From assembly GCF_001194135.2 (NCBI RefSeq), contig NC_069000.1, forward strand, positions 20,979,632 to 21,014,641: a stretch of 35,010 nt of DNA, read 5' to 3'. A program made the position numbers and the translations under genes. Below, one piece after another: positions 11,605 to 21,612 of the stretch (position 1 is its first letter; each line of letters starts with the position of its first letter). Below the pieces are notes generated by a model, which was not told the DNA's origin, did not search any database, and worked only from the letters and a program-made list of their open reading frames with translations. This stretch comes from Octopus bimaculoides. Lineage: Eukaryota.

Positions 11605-11900
11605 CATCATTCAGTTTATTCGAAGATTTCTTGGCAATAGAGAAAGAACCGGTTTCTAACCTAGATCCACGGCTCCTTCATTGGAATTTCAATATCAATA
11701 ACAGGGTATTTTGCACGTATGTATGTATGCATGCATGTATGTATGTATGCATGCATGTATGTATGTATATATGTATGTATGTATGCATGCATGTATGTAT
11801 GTATGTATGTGCAGATTTGTATGATTCGTGTATATATTTTCATGCATATAGTTGCATATCTAGACATGCACAAATATATATTTAAATAATAGACTTCTGG
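11601..11900 (-). mobile_element. R4/Dong-clade retrotransposon, 5'-truncated copy C (3' UTR only)
   Basis: Reverse complement matches the UTR following the REL ORF at 32396-32491 and the tails at 33692-33918 and 33918-34068 (shared ttccaatgaaggagc, internal (CATA)n). The 3' end aaactgaatgatgataa runs into (TA)n. Confidence 0.85.
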
Positions 11901-11904
11901 ATAT

Positions 11905-12026
11905 CATTAGTGGTGTGGTGAGGAGAGGCTGGTATGCCTGGGCGACTGCTGGCCTTCCACAAACAAACTTGCCCGGACTTGTACCTCAGAGGGTAACTTT
12001 CTAGATGCAATCCCATGGTCATTCAT
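11905..12026. mobile_element. probable interspersed repeat fragment (unclassified)
   Basis: GC-richer 120-bp island between an R4/Dong tail and microsatellites. Resembles, from memory only, a common octopus repeat. Confidence 0.3.
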
Positions 12027-12029
12027 GTA

Positions 12030-12064
12030 TGTATATACATGTATGTATATATAACTGTATGTTC

Positions 12065-12117
<53 letters not shown>

Positions 12118-12133
12118 TGTAAGTATATCTATA

Positions 12134-12168
<35 letters not shown>

Positions 12169-12314
12169 TTACATATTTATATATATATATATAAATATAT
12201 ATAGATATATGTGAACTTATATATACACACACATACACATAAATATATACATATGTATAGACATATATATGAGTATTACTGTGCGTGTAGATAGATAGAT
12301 AGATAGAGAGATAA

Positions 12315-12388
<74 letters not shown>

Positions 12389-12537
12389 GAACATACATCT
12401 ACAAATGTACATAAATGTATACATGTGTGTGTGTGAGTGTGTGTGTATACATATATACAGACATGTGTACATATATACATATATACACACACACATACAC
12501 ACACATATATATATGTAAACATTTATATATACATATA

Positions 12538-12632
<95 letters not shown>
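12030..12632. repeat. compound (GT)/(TA)/(GATA)/(CA) microsatellite block
   Basis: Direct reading. Includes a long pure (GT)n at 12541-12630. Confidence 0.95.
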
Positions 12633-12633
<1 letters not shown>

Positions 12634-12989
12634 CAAACTGTATGTTCATTTTAGGGAACACAGAAATATAAGAGACTTAATGATGTCGTATATAATTTTT
12701 TTCTTTAATTTGTATTTCTTTGTGTTCCAAGTAAATATATATGCGTCAAGCCCAATTTCTGTTATCTATCGTACTATCTACACACCTCATATACATACAT
12801 ATATATATGTATATATATATATGTGTGTGTGTATGTGTGTGTGTGTGCGTGTGTGTGTGCGTACACTACATACATATAAACATATATATATATATGTATA
12901 TACGTATATATATAATACAAATAATATGTGAGTATATGCATATATACGTACATGTATGTACATACCTACATCTACATGTATATATAGAT

Positions 12990-13175
12990 GCATATCTGGG
13001 TACAGGACGTTGCAAAAAAACATGGACAAAATGTAAAACAGAACATAAACAAATCACGGAAACAAACTTTTTTTCGGACAACGGTAGGAACACTTGGCAA
13101 AACAGACAGGCCACATAGAGAACATTTCCTTCATCAGCTGCTCCTATTCTAAACTAAGAGTTTCGAGGAGTTAGG

Positions 13176-13180
<5 letters not shown>
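12990..13180 (-). mobile_element. possible Penelope-like terminal fragment
   Basis: Bounded by TA/CA microsatellites. The minus strand carries CGAAAC and CTGATGA motifs typical of PLE termini. No ORF. Confidence 0.35.
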
Positions 13181-13227
<47 letters not shown>

Positions 13228-13532
13228 TCATTGCGGATCTCGGAGCGCAAAAAGCAATTTTTCTACCCACATGGATAGTTCAACCCAATATTTNNNNNNN
13301 NNNNNNNNNNNNNNNNNNNNNNNNNNNNNNNNNNNNNNNNNNNNNNNNNNNNNNNNNNNNNNNNNNNNNNNNNNNNNNNNNNNNNNNNNNNNNNNNNNNN
13401 NNNNNNNNNNNNNNNNNNNNNNNNNNNNNNNNNNNNNNNNNNNNNNNNNNNNNNNNNNNNNNNNNNNNNNNNNNNNNNNNNNNNNNNNNNNNNNNNNNNN
13501 NNNNNNNNNNNNNNNNNNATATATATATATAT

Positions 13533-13606
13533 ATAAGACAAGGTAGAAAATGCTAAAATAATTTTATCAGGATAAAATTATTTTAGCATTTTCTACCTTG
13601 TCTTAT
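13533..13606. repeat. perfect 36-bp inverted repeat with 2-nt spacer
   Basis: ATAAGACAAGGTAGAAAATGCTAAAATAATTTTATC-AG-GATAAAATTATTTTAGCATTTTCTACCTTGTCTTAT. Confidence 0.97.
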
Positions 13607-13701
13607 TTTGCTTATACACATCAACTCATGTGTTCCTTTTCAACCTTCTACATATATATACAAAATATATATATGTGTGTGTGTGTGTGAATATATATAC
13701 A

Positions 13702-13736
<35 letters not shown>

Positions 13737-13765
13737 ACACATACATATGTATAAATATATATAAT

Positions 13766-13908
13766 ATACGACAGGTTTCTTTCAGTTTCCATCCACCAAA
13801 TCTACTCACACGGCTTTTGTCGGCCCATGGATATAGTAGAAGACACATAACCAAGGTGTCACGGAGTGGGACTGAACCCGGGACCATGTTGTTGGGAAGT
13901 AAACTTCT
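13766..13908 (-). mobile_element. tRNA-derived CORE-like SINE, family B, 5' half
   Basis: Minus strand: cttcccaacaacatggtcccgggttcagtcccactccgtgacaccttggttatgtgtcttctactata. Homologous to 16731-16813, 17256-17418 and 20757-20900. Confidence 0.8.
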
Positions 13909-14109
13909 GAATTCGTAAAACATGGAGAATTGGAAGATAACATGAAAACATTAAAGGAACAAACAAAAACAGGAAATATAGAATGTTTTTCCCCTTAGTG
14001 TTTTCGCCTAATGAGAGAAAAATATATAGGGAAACGACGACTATAAATAAATAGACGTCATAGAAAACGATGGTAAAATGATATATAAACAAAATGATTT
14101 AACTTCCTC

Positions 14110-15520
14110 AAACGTCGAGTAAACTTCATTGTGGTTTCTAAAACATTCTGACGGACAGAATTGTTTCCACTTTTTGGTCATAAAGATGCTGCCATTCATT
14201 CCAACTGGATTAGGATTTAGGGCGGTGTAAACCTTTTCTTCAAAGGTCCTACTATCGATTGAATAGAAATAAACTGATATCGGATCCTTCAATTGCGGAA
14301 CGTACCAGTGCCCCGATACATAACCTAACACAGATGTTAATATTCTGTGAAAATACAACATCCTTCCTATTGGAATTTGACTTACATCGACAAAAGAGGT
14401 TCTCCTATGGATACGCTCTTATGGCAAACATACGGATTAAATATTTTAAGGAAATAGTTTTGGATAGGAAACCACTTATGTCAACCGTGTTGCTGAGATA
14501 TGCAGACGACACCTTCATACCCTGGCCTCACAAGGGAGATGTGCAAATATTGCTGGGCCATGTGAATACAATAGGTTCCTCAATACAGTTTACAATAGAC
14601 AAAGATAATAAGCTGAACTTTATGGATGTGCTAATAAATAGTACAGAGTGTTGTCTCACAACATCTATAGATCACAAAACTCATATTCGCCTTCCAATAT
14701 TTAAAATTTGATTCCCGTTATCCCGGCAGCGTGAAGAAACGAACTGTCTGTGATCTACAGCATCGAAAAACGAACCCAAACATATGCAAACAAAAACTGG
14801 TGAAAATTAGAAAAAAACCCCATCATATTAACTGCTATCCTGCAAAAACGAAGATATAAAAGGTCGCAAATATTGGTCTAACACCAGCGACAGTCCGTGT
14901 AATTTACAAAAGGCATGTCCTGAGAGAAAATTCAAAGACGGAAGGTCTGCAGGTCGAAAAACATCGGGCAGTTGTACTCATTGGGGATATCTCACCACCA
15001 AATAAAGCCTCTATCAGAAGAAATCAGGACTAAAAATAATGTGTATTCCACCCAATTCATCTGTAATAGATGATCTATATAGGCAAAAGGTTTGAAATTT
15101 TAGGAAGCGGGATAGTCGATTACATCGACCTCAGTGCTCAACTGGTATTTATCATATTGACCCCGAAAGGCTGAAAGGCAAAGTCGACCTCGGTGGCATT
15201 TGAATTCAGAAATTATAGACGAGCCAAATGCCGCTAAGCATTTTATCCTGCGTGCTAACGATTCTGCCAGTTCACAGCCTTGCACCTGTAACAGATAATA
15301 TAGATGTGACCTGCCTACCTATAGGATGATCGTAAAGCCGTATTGTACAAGGATACAGAAAAATCAGACCATGGTTTATCACTTGTGAGAGGCAAAGTTA
15401 AGACGAGAAGATTTGTAGAAAAAAAAAAAACAAGATGATAGTGAACAGCACTCGAAGACAACTAAAAGAATAAGGATATGCTTTGAGCTCTCAGACTCTT
15501 CCCCTAAGTTGAATCTTAGA
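14110..15520 (+). pseudogene. Penelope-like retroelement RT plus GIY-YIG endonuclease, heavily decayed
   Basis: Motifs in order across frameshifts: GVNLFFKGP (DVxxLFT), MANIRIKYFKE, LRYADDTFIPWPH, IQFTIDKDNKLNFMDVLI, then VYSTQFICNR..IYIG (GIY-YIG) at about 15040-15084, then DRKAV...EKSDH and RRQLKE after the SINE insert. Confidence 0.8.
15084..15281 (-). mobile_element. tRNA-derived SINE, family A, inserted in the Penelope relic
   Basis: Reverse complement: aaggctgtgaactggcagaatcgttagcacgc...tgaattcaaatgccaccgaggtcgactttgcctttcagcctttcggggtc. Homologous to 581-730 and 6323-6480. Confidence 0.88.
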
Positions 15521-16267
15521 TAATAACTACAGAGATCTACAGGGATCAAAAATGAAAATCTTCCTATTGTGAACAAGTGTAACGAGAATAAACCACTCCA
15601 TGAACTGAATACAGACTTCAGTTCAAAATTCAGAGAACATAAGCGAAAACGACAAGCACTTGTCTCCCCCTCTGCATATATATATATCTATATCTATATA
15701 TATATATATATNNNNNNNNNNNNNNNNNNNNNNNNNNNNNNNNNNNNNNNNNNNNNNNNNNNNNNNNNNNNNNNNNNNNNNNNNNNNNNNNNNNNNNNNN
15801 NNNNNNNNNNNNNNNNNNNNNNNNNNNNNNNNNNNNNNNNNNNNNNNNNNNNNNNNNNNNNNNNNNNNNNNNNNNNNNNNNNNNNNNNNNNNNNNNNNNN
15901 NNNNNNNNNNNNNNNNNNNNNNNNNNNNNNNNNNNNNNNNNNNNNNNNNNNNNNNNNNNNNNNNNNNNNNNNNNNNNNNNNNNNNNNNNNNNNNNNNNNN
16001 NNNNNNNNNNNNNNNNNNNNNNNNNNNNNNNNNNNNNNNNNNNNNNNNNNNNNNNNNNNNNNNNNNNNNNNNNNNNNNNNNNNNNNNNNNNNNNNNNNNN
16101 NNNNNNNNNNNNNNNNNNNNNNNNNNNNNNNNNNNNNNNNNNNNNNNNNNNNNNNNNNNNNNNNNNNNNNNNNNNNNNNNNNNNNNNNNNNNNNNNNNNN
16201 NNNNNNNNNNNNNNNNNNNNNNNNNNNNNNNNNNNNNNNNNNNNNNNNNNNNNNNNNNNNNNNNNNN

Positions 16268-16320
16268 ATATATATGTATGTATATGTATATATATATATG
16301 GGGGGGGGTGTATAGATATG

Positions 16321-16385
<65 letters not shown>
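16268..16385. repeat. (TA)/(GATA)n microsatellite
   Basis: Direct reading. Confidence 0.95.
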
Positions 16386-16404
<19 letters not shown>

Positions 16405-16730
16405 CGTAGGTCCAATAAGGTTTAGCTAACATCTCACACACCCTCTCCACCCTACAGATATGATCTAGAATTAAGTGACGGAAAGATATCCTGTGCCAGT
16501 ATGGATCGGATGCTCAGGAATTTGGGAGTACCATGATCTCAAGTGCGAGCAAAAGATCCCTAAAATATTCAATGCCATTCCCTGCATATTTAGTAGTAAA
16601 TCAAAGTGACCTTCTACTAGTGAAATGCTTAAAAATAGCCAAGGGAAAATTCACTCCAAGTTGTCTTCAAAGCACGCCCGACAACACCTTGGAATTTCTG
16701 AGGAGCCATGCTATCTCTATATCTATCTAC

Positions 16731-16813
16731 CGTGTGGTTGCTTCCCAACCACATGGTTCCAGGTTCAGTCCTATTACGAGGCACCTTGGGCAAATGTCTT
16801 CTACTATAACCTC
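16731..16813 (+). mobile_element. family B SINE, 5' fragment
   Basis: gcttcccaaccacatggttccaggttcagtcc...ggcaccttgggcaaatgtcttctactata. tRNA B-box-like GGTTCAGTCC followed by CORE-like caccttgggcaa. Confidence 0.8.
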
Positions 16814-16830
16814 TTAGCAGGAAAAATTTA

Positions 16831-17418
16831 TTTTCTCTTACTCTTTTATTTCTTTCCGTCATTTGACTGCGGCCATGCTGAAGCACCGGCTTTAGTCGAA
16901 AAAATCGAGCCCAGGACTTACTCTTTGTAAGCCATGCACTTATTCCATGGGTCTCTTTTGACGACCCGCTAAGTTAGAGGGACGTAAACACACTTGCATC
17001 GGGTACCAAGCGATGTTGGTGGGGGACAAACACAGACGCACAAAGACACATAAATATATAGAGAGAATTCACAAAAAAGAAAGATGAAGACAGGTGGTGT
17101 AGACAACAAACAGATGTATTAGTATAACACTCGGGAAGTGAAAAAGTCTTTAACGTTTCGAGTCTACGCTCTTCCACAGAAAAGAACACAGAAAGAAACA
17201 AGGAGAGAAAAAAATATGTAGTGGCTAGCGATCTATCATGGCGAATATATATATATACGAAGTGCTTCTTTCAGTATCCGTCTACGAAATCCACTCACAA
17301 GGCTTTGATCAGCCCGAGGCTATAGTAGAAGACGCTTGCCCAAGGTGCCACGCAATGGGACTGAACCCGAAACCATGTGGTTGGTTAGCAAGCTACTTAC
17401 CACACAGCCATTCCTGCA
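16831..17418 (-). mobile_element. family B SINE, near full length, split by a 190-bp insert
   Basis: Tail 16831-17055 and head 17256-17418 match the contiguous minus copy at 20525-20900. The insert sits in the internal (TA) microsatellite. Confidence 0.8.
17056..17244 (-). mobile_element. probable Penelope-like terminal repeat fragment
   Basis: Minus strand has ctgtggaa-gag-cgtaga-ctc-gaaacgtt, a minimal-hammerhead-like PLE terminal motif. Flanked by TA repeats on both sides. Confidence 0.5.
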
Positions 17419-17444
17419 TATATAATATATATATATACGTAGGT

Positions 17445-17515
17445 ATGTATGTATGTAGATAGGTAGGTAGGTAGGTAGGTAGGTAGGTAGGTAGGTAGGT
17501 AGGTAGGTGGGTATG
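17445..17515. repeat. (TAGG)n/(TATG)n microsatellite
   Basis: Direct reading. Confidence 0.95.
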
Positions 17516-17738
17516 TGTACACGTGCAAAAATGTATGTGTAAATATTATTGCACCTTGAGAGGGTCGTATTTTGTCTAACGAGAGAATACGACACAGTTT
17601 GGTTCCATTTGTTATTGGCAAAATGACGTCCAAAGACGCAACATGTTTCAATACATATGTTAACATACAAGATCATGCAGAGTAAATAGAACAGCGAAAT
17701 TCTGTATGTGTGCATGTATATATGTACCTATGCGTGTG

Positions 17739-17769
<31 letters not shown>

Positions 17770-17770
17770 A

Positions 17771-17844
<74 letters not shown>

Positions 17845-17971
17845 TATGTGTGTGTATATATATGTGTTTGTGTGTGTGTAAGTATATATATATATACACA
17901 TCTTTATATGCACATATATATCTCTGTGTATGTGTGTGTATGCATATAGATATATAATATCTATTTTTTTT

Positions 17972-18190
17972 GTTTTATTCTTTTACTTGTTTCAGTCATT
18001 TGACTGCGGCTATGCTGGAGCACCGCCTTTTTAGTCGAGCAAAACGGCCCCAGGATTTATTCTTTATAAGCCTTGTACTTATTTTATCGGTCCCTTTTTG
18101 CCGAACCGCTAGGTTACGGGGACGTAAACATACCAGCATCGGTTGTCAAGCGATGTTGGAGGGACAAACACAGACACACAAACATATACA
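17972..18190 (-). mobile_element. family B SINE 3' half (remainder probably in gap)
   Basis: ttttacttgtttcagtcatttgactgcggctatgctggagcaccgcc...gggacaaacacagacac. Homologous to 16831-17055 and 20525-20740. Confidence 0.85.
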
Positions 18191-18235
<45 letters not shown>

Positions 18236-19305
18236 NNNNNNNNNNNNNNNNNNNNNNNNNNNNNNNNNNNNNNNNNNNNNNNNNNNNNNNNNNNNNNNNN
18301 NNNNNNNNNNNNNNNNNNNNNNNNNNNNNNNNNNNNNNNNNNNNNNNNNNNNNNNNNNNNNNNNNNNNNNNNNNNNNNNNNNNNNNNNNNNNNNNNNNNN
18401 NNNNNNNNNNNNNNNNNNNNNNNNNNNNNNNNNNNNNNNNNNNNNNNNNNNNNNNNNNNNNNNNNNNNNNNNNNNNNNNNNNNNNNNNNNNNNNNNNNNN
18501 NNNNNNNNNNNNNNNNNNNNNNNNNNNNNNNNNNNNNNNNNNNNNNNNNNNNNNNNNNNNNNNNNNNNNNNNNNNNNNNNNNNNNNNNNNNNNNNNNNNN
18601 NNNNNNNNNNNNNNNNNNNNNNNNNNNNNNNNNNNNNNNNNNNNNNNNNNNNNNNNNNNNNNNNNNNNNNNNNNNNNNNNNNNNNNNNNNNNNNNNNNNN
18701 NNNNNNNNNNNNNNNNNNNNNNNNNNNNNNNNNNNNNNNNNNNNNNNNNNNNNNNNNNNNNNNNNNNNNNNNNNNNNNNNNNNNNNNNNNNNNNNNNNNN
18801 NNNNNNNNNNNNNNNNNNNNNNNNNNNNNNNNNNNNNNNNNNNNNNNNNNNNNNNNNNNNNNNNNNNNNNNNNNNNNNNNNNNNNNNNNNNNNNNNNNNN
18901 NNNNNNNNNNNNNNNNNNNNNNNNNNNNNNNNNNNNNNNNNNNNNNNNNNNNNNNNNNNNNNNNNNNNNNNNNNNNNNNNNNNNNNNNNNNNNNNNNNNN
19001 NNNNNNNNNNNNNNNNNNNNNNNNNNNNNNNNNNNNNNNNNNNNNNNNNNNNNNNNNNNNNNNNNNNNNNNNNNNNNNNNNNNNNNNNNNNNNNNNNNNN
19101 NNNNNNNNNNNNNNNNNNNNNNNNNNNNNNNNNNNNNNNNNNNNNNNNNNNNNNNNNNNNNNNNNNATATATATATACATATACATATATACATGCTTAT
19201 ATATACGTATATATATAGTTACATACATATATACTTATATAGATATATATATATTCATTTATATGTATATGTGTGTGTATGAATGTATGTACGTGTCTAT
19301 GTATG

Positions 19306-19339
<34 letters not shown>

Positions 19340-19537
19340 TGTATGTATGTATGTATGTATGTATGTATGTATGATTGTATGTATGTATAGACAGATATAT
19401 TAGCATACAGTCACACCACTTCGGAATTGCTAAATTGCTAAGGATGTGAATATTAGAACTGCTATCACACATGATGTCAATGCCATTCTAAAAGCCGCAA
19501 TAAATACCAAACTTTTCAAATTTGATAATACAAACAG

Positions 19538-19760
19538 GTGAAAGACAACACATTTAACTTCGGAATTGATGAGGATGTCGCCAGGCTTTTCACACTACGG
19601 TGGGACAGATGCTTCAAAGAAATCCAAGCTGCCTATGGAGTTGACTTACTTACGAACTATCTCCGTGTAGATGACATCCACTTTGTCGCCAAACTTTCGA
19701 CTCTCGCCTGGGAGGATTTGATCGAAAATATCTACCCGAAGTCTAACTATTTCTGTTGAG
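19538..19760 (+). CDS. candidate host exon, 73 codons, product unknown
   Basis: CAG|G acceptor and GAG|GTAAGT donor. Only frame 0 is open (VKDNTFNFGIDEDVARLFTLRWDRCFKEIQAAYGVDLLTNYLRVDDIHFVAKLSTLAWEDLIENIYPKSNYFC*). Frequent C-ending codons and higher GC than the flanks. TGA lies 1 nt before the donor. No homolog recognised. Confidence 0.4.
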
Positions 19761-19900
19761 GTAAGTATTATAATTAAGTTGGACAAGTAACATATACTAT
19801 GATATACTTTCGAGCTACTGTGCCAAATAAATATAAACGAATTACTATATGTCTAACGGGAAGACGTAAAAACAAAGCCGATGACATAAACACATACACA

Positions 19901-19938
<38 letters not shown>

Positions 19939-20214
19939 TACACACACACACACGTATACACACACACAAAGACGCATATACATACGCACATGCGGTTCTG
20001 CGTGTATATGTGTATGTTAGCGTGAATGTGTGTGTATACATATGCGTATAACACAGAATAATACACGCACAGACACCCATAATGTTCTTATATATGTATG
20101 TATGTATGTATGTANNNNNNNNNNNNNNNNNNNNNNNNNNNNNNNNNNNNNNNNNNNNNNNNNNNNNNNNNNNNNNNNNNNNNNNNNNNNNNNNNNNNNN
20201 NNNNNNNNNNNNNN

Positions 20215-20245
<31 letters not shown>

Positions 20246-20524
20246 GCGACTTCATGTCATCGGCGTAACTCGGGCTCATCACAGATTTCTCATAAGACAT
20301 CCGAAGAATTTCACGTCTTACCGCTTTATTTCTAGCCCCAAATGGCTTATTTTTCATACCTAGCACTATGTCTTTCTCCATTTCTAAGTTGAGGGTAAAA
20401 ATAAAGCAACCCTGCTTTACATACAGAAGCACAGAATAACAGCAATCAAATTACGACCGCTGAGTGCACAACACCCATCAGCGATCTGACTGCCGCCTGT
20501 ACTCTTGACAAGAGATGCCAGTTA

Positions 20525-20898
20525 GTCTTTTAGACCTAATTGTTTCAGTCATTAGACTGCGACCTTGCTGGGGCACCGCCTTGAAGAATTTATAATCGAA
20601 TGTATTGACCCCAGTACATTTTTTGCCGGTATTTATTCTATCGGCTTCTTCGCCGAACCGCTTATTTAAGAGTTCCTAAACACAACATCGATCGTCAAGC
20701 GGTTGAGGCAGGGGGACAAACACAGACGTACAAACATAGATATATACTTGTATATGCACGACGGGATTCTTTCAGTTTCCGTCTACCACATCCACTCTCA
20801 AGGCTTTGGTCAGCTCGAGGCTATAGTAAAAACACTGCCCCAAGTTGACACGCAGTAGGACTGAACCCCGAACCATGTGGTTGGGAAGCAAGCTACAC

Positions 20899-20900
<2 letters not shown>
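20525..20900 (-). mobile_element. family B CORE-like SINE, near full length
   Basis: Head (gcttcccaaccacatggttcggggttcagtcc), CORE-like segment, short internal TA tract and tail (cagcaaggtcgcagtctaatgactgaaacaa) are contiguous. Confidence 0.85.
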
Positions 20901-20929
<29 letters not shown>

Positions 20930-21612
20930 NNNNNNNNNNNNNNNNNNNNNNNNNNNNNNNNNNNNNNNNNNNNNNNNNNNNNNNNNNNNNNNNNNNNNNN
21001 NNNNNNNNNNNNNNNNNNNNNNNNNNNNNNNNNNNNNNNNNNNNNNNNNNNNNNNNNNNNNNNNNNNNNNNNNNNNNNNNNNNNNNNNNNNNNNNNNNNN
21101 NNNNNNNNNNNNNNNNNNNNNNNNNNNNNNNNNNNNNNNNNNNNNNNNNNNNNNNNNNNNNNNNNNNNNNNNNNNNNNNNNNNNNNNNNNNNNNNNNNNN
21201 NNNNNNNNNNNNNNNNNNNNNNNNNNNNNNNNNNNNNNNNNNNNNNNNNNNNNNNNNNNNNNNNNNNNNNNNNNNNNNNNNNNNNNNNNNNNNNNNNNNN
21301 NNNNNNNNNNNNNNNNNNNNNNNNNNNNNNNNNNNNNNNNNNNNNNNNNNNNNNNNNNNNNNNNNNNNNNNNNNNNNNNNNNNNNNNNNNNNNNNNNNNN
21401 NNNNNNNNNNNNNNNNNNNNNNNNNNNNNNNNNNNNNNNNNNNNNNNNNNNNNNNNNNNNNNNNNNNNNNNNNNNNNNNNNNNNNNNNNNNNNNNNNNNN
21501 NNNNNNNNNNNNNNNNNNNNNNNNNNNNNNNNNNNNNNNNNNNNNNNNNNNNNNNNNNNNNNNNNNNNNNNNNNNNNNNNNNNNNNNNNNNNNNNNNNNN
21601 NNNNNNNNNNNN

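Noticed and set aside
12647-12700. Acceptor ttcattttag followed by GTQKYKRLNDV
   Set aside because: Very short, weak donor, embedded in microsatellites.
13105-13180. CTGATGA and CGAAAC motifs on the minus strand as a hammerhead
   Set aside because: Could not build stems I and III without several mismatches. Kept only as weak PLE evidence.
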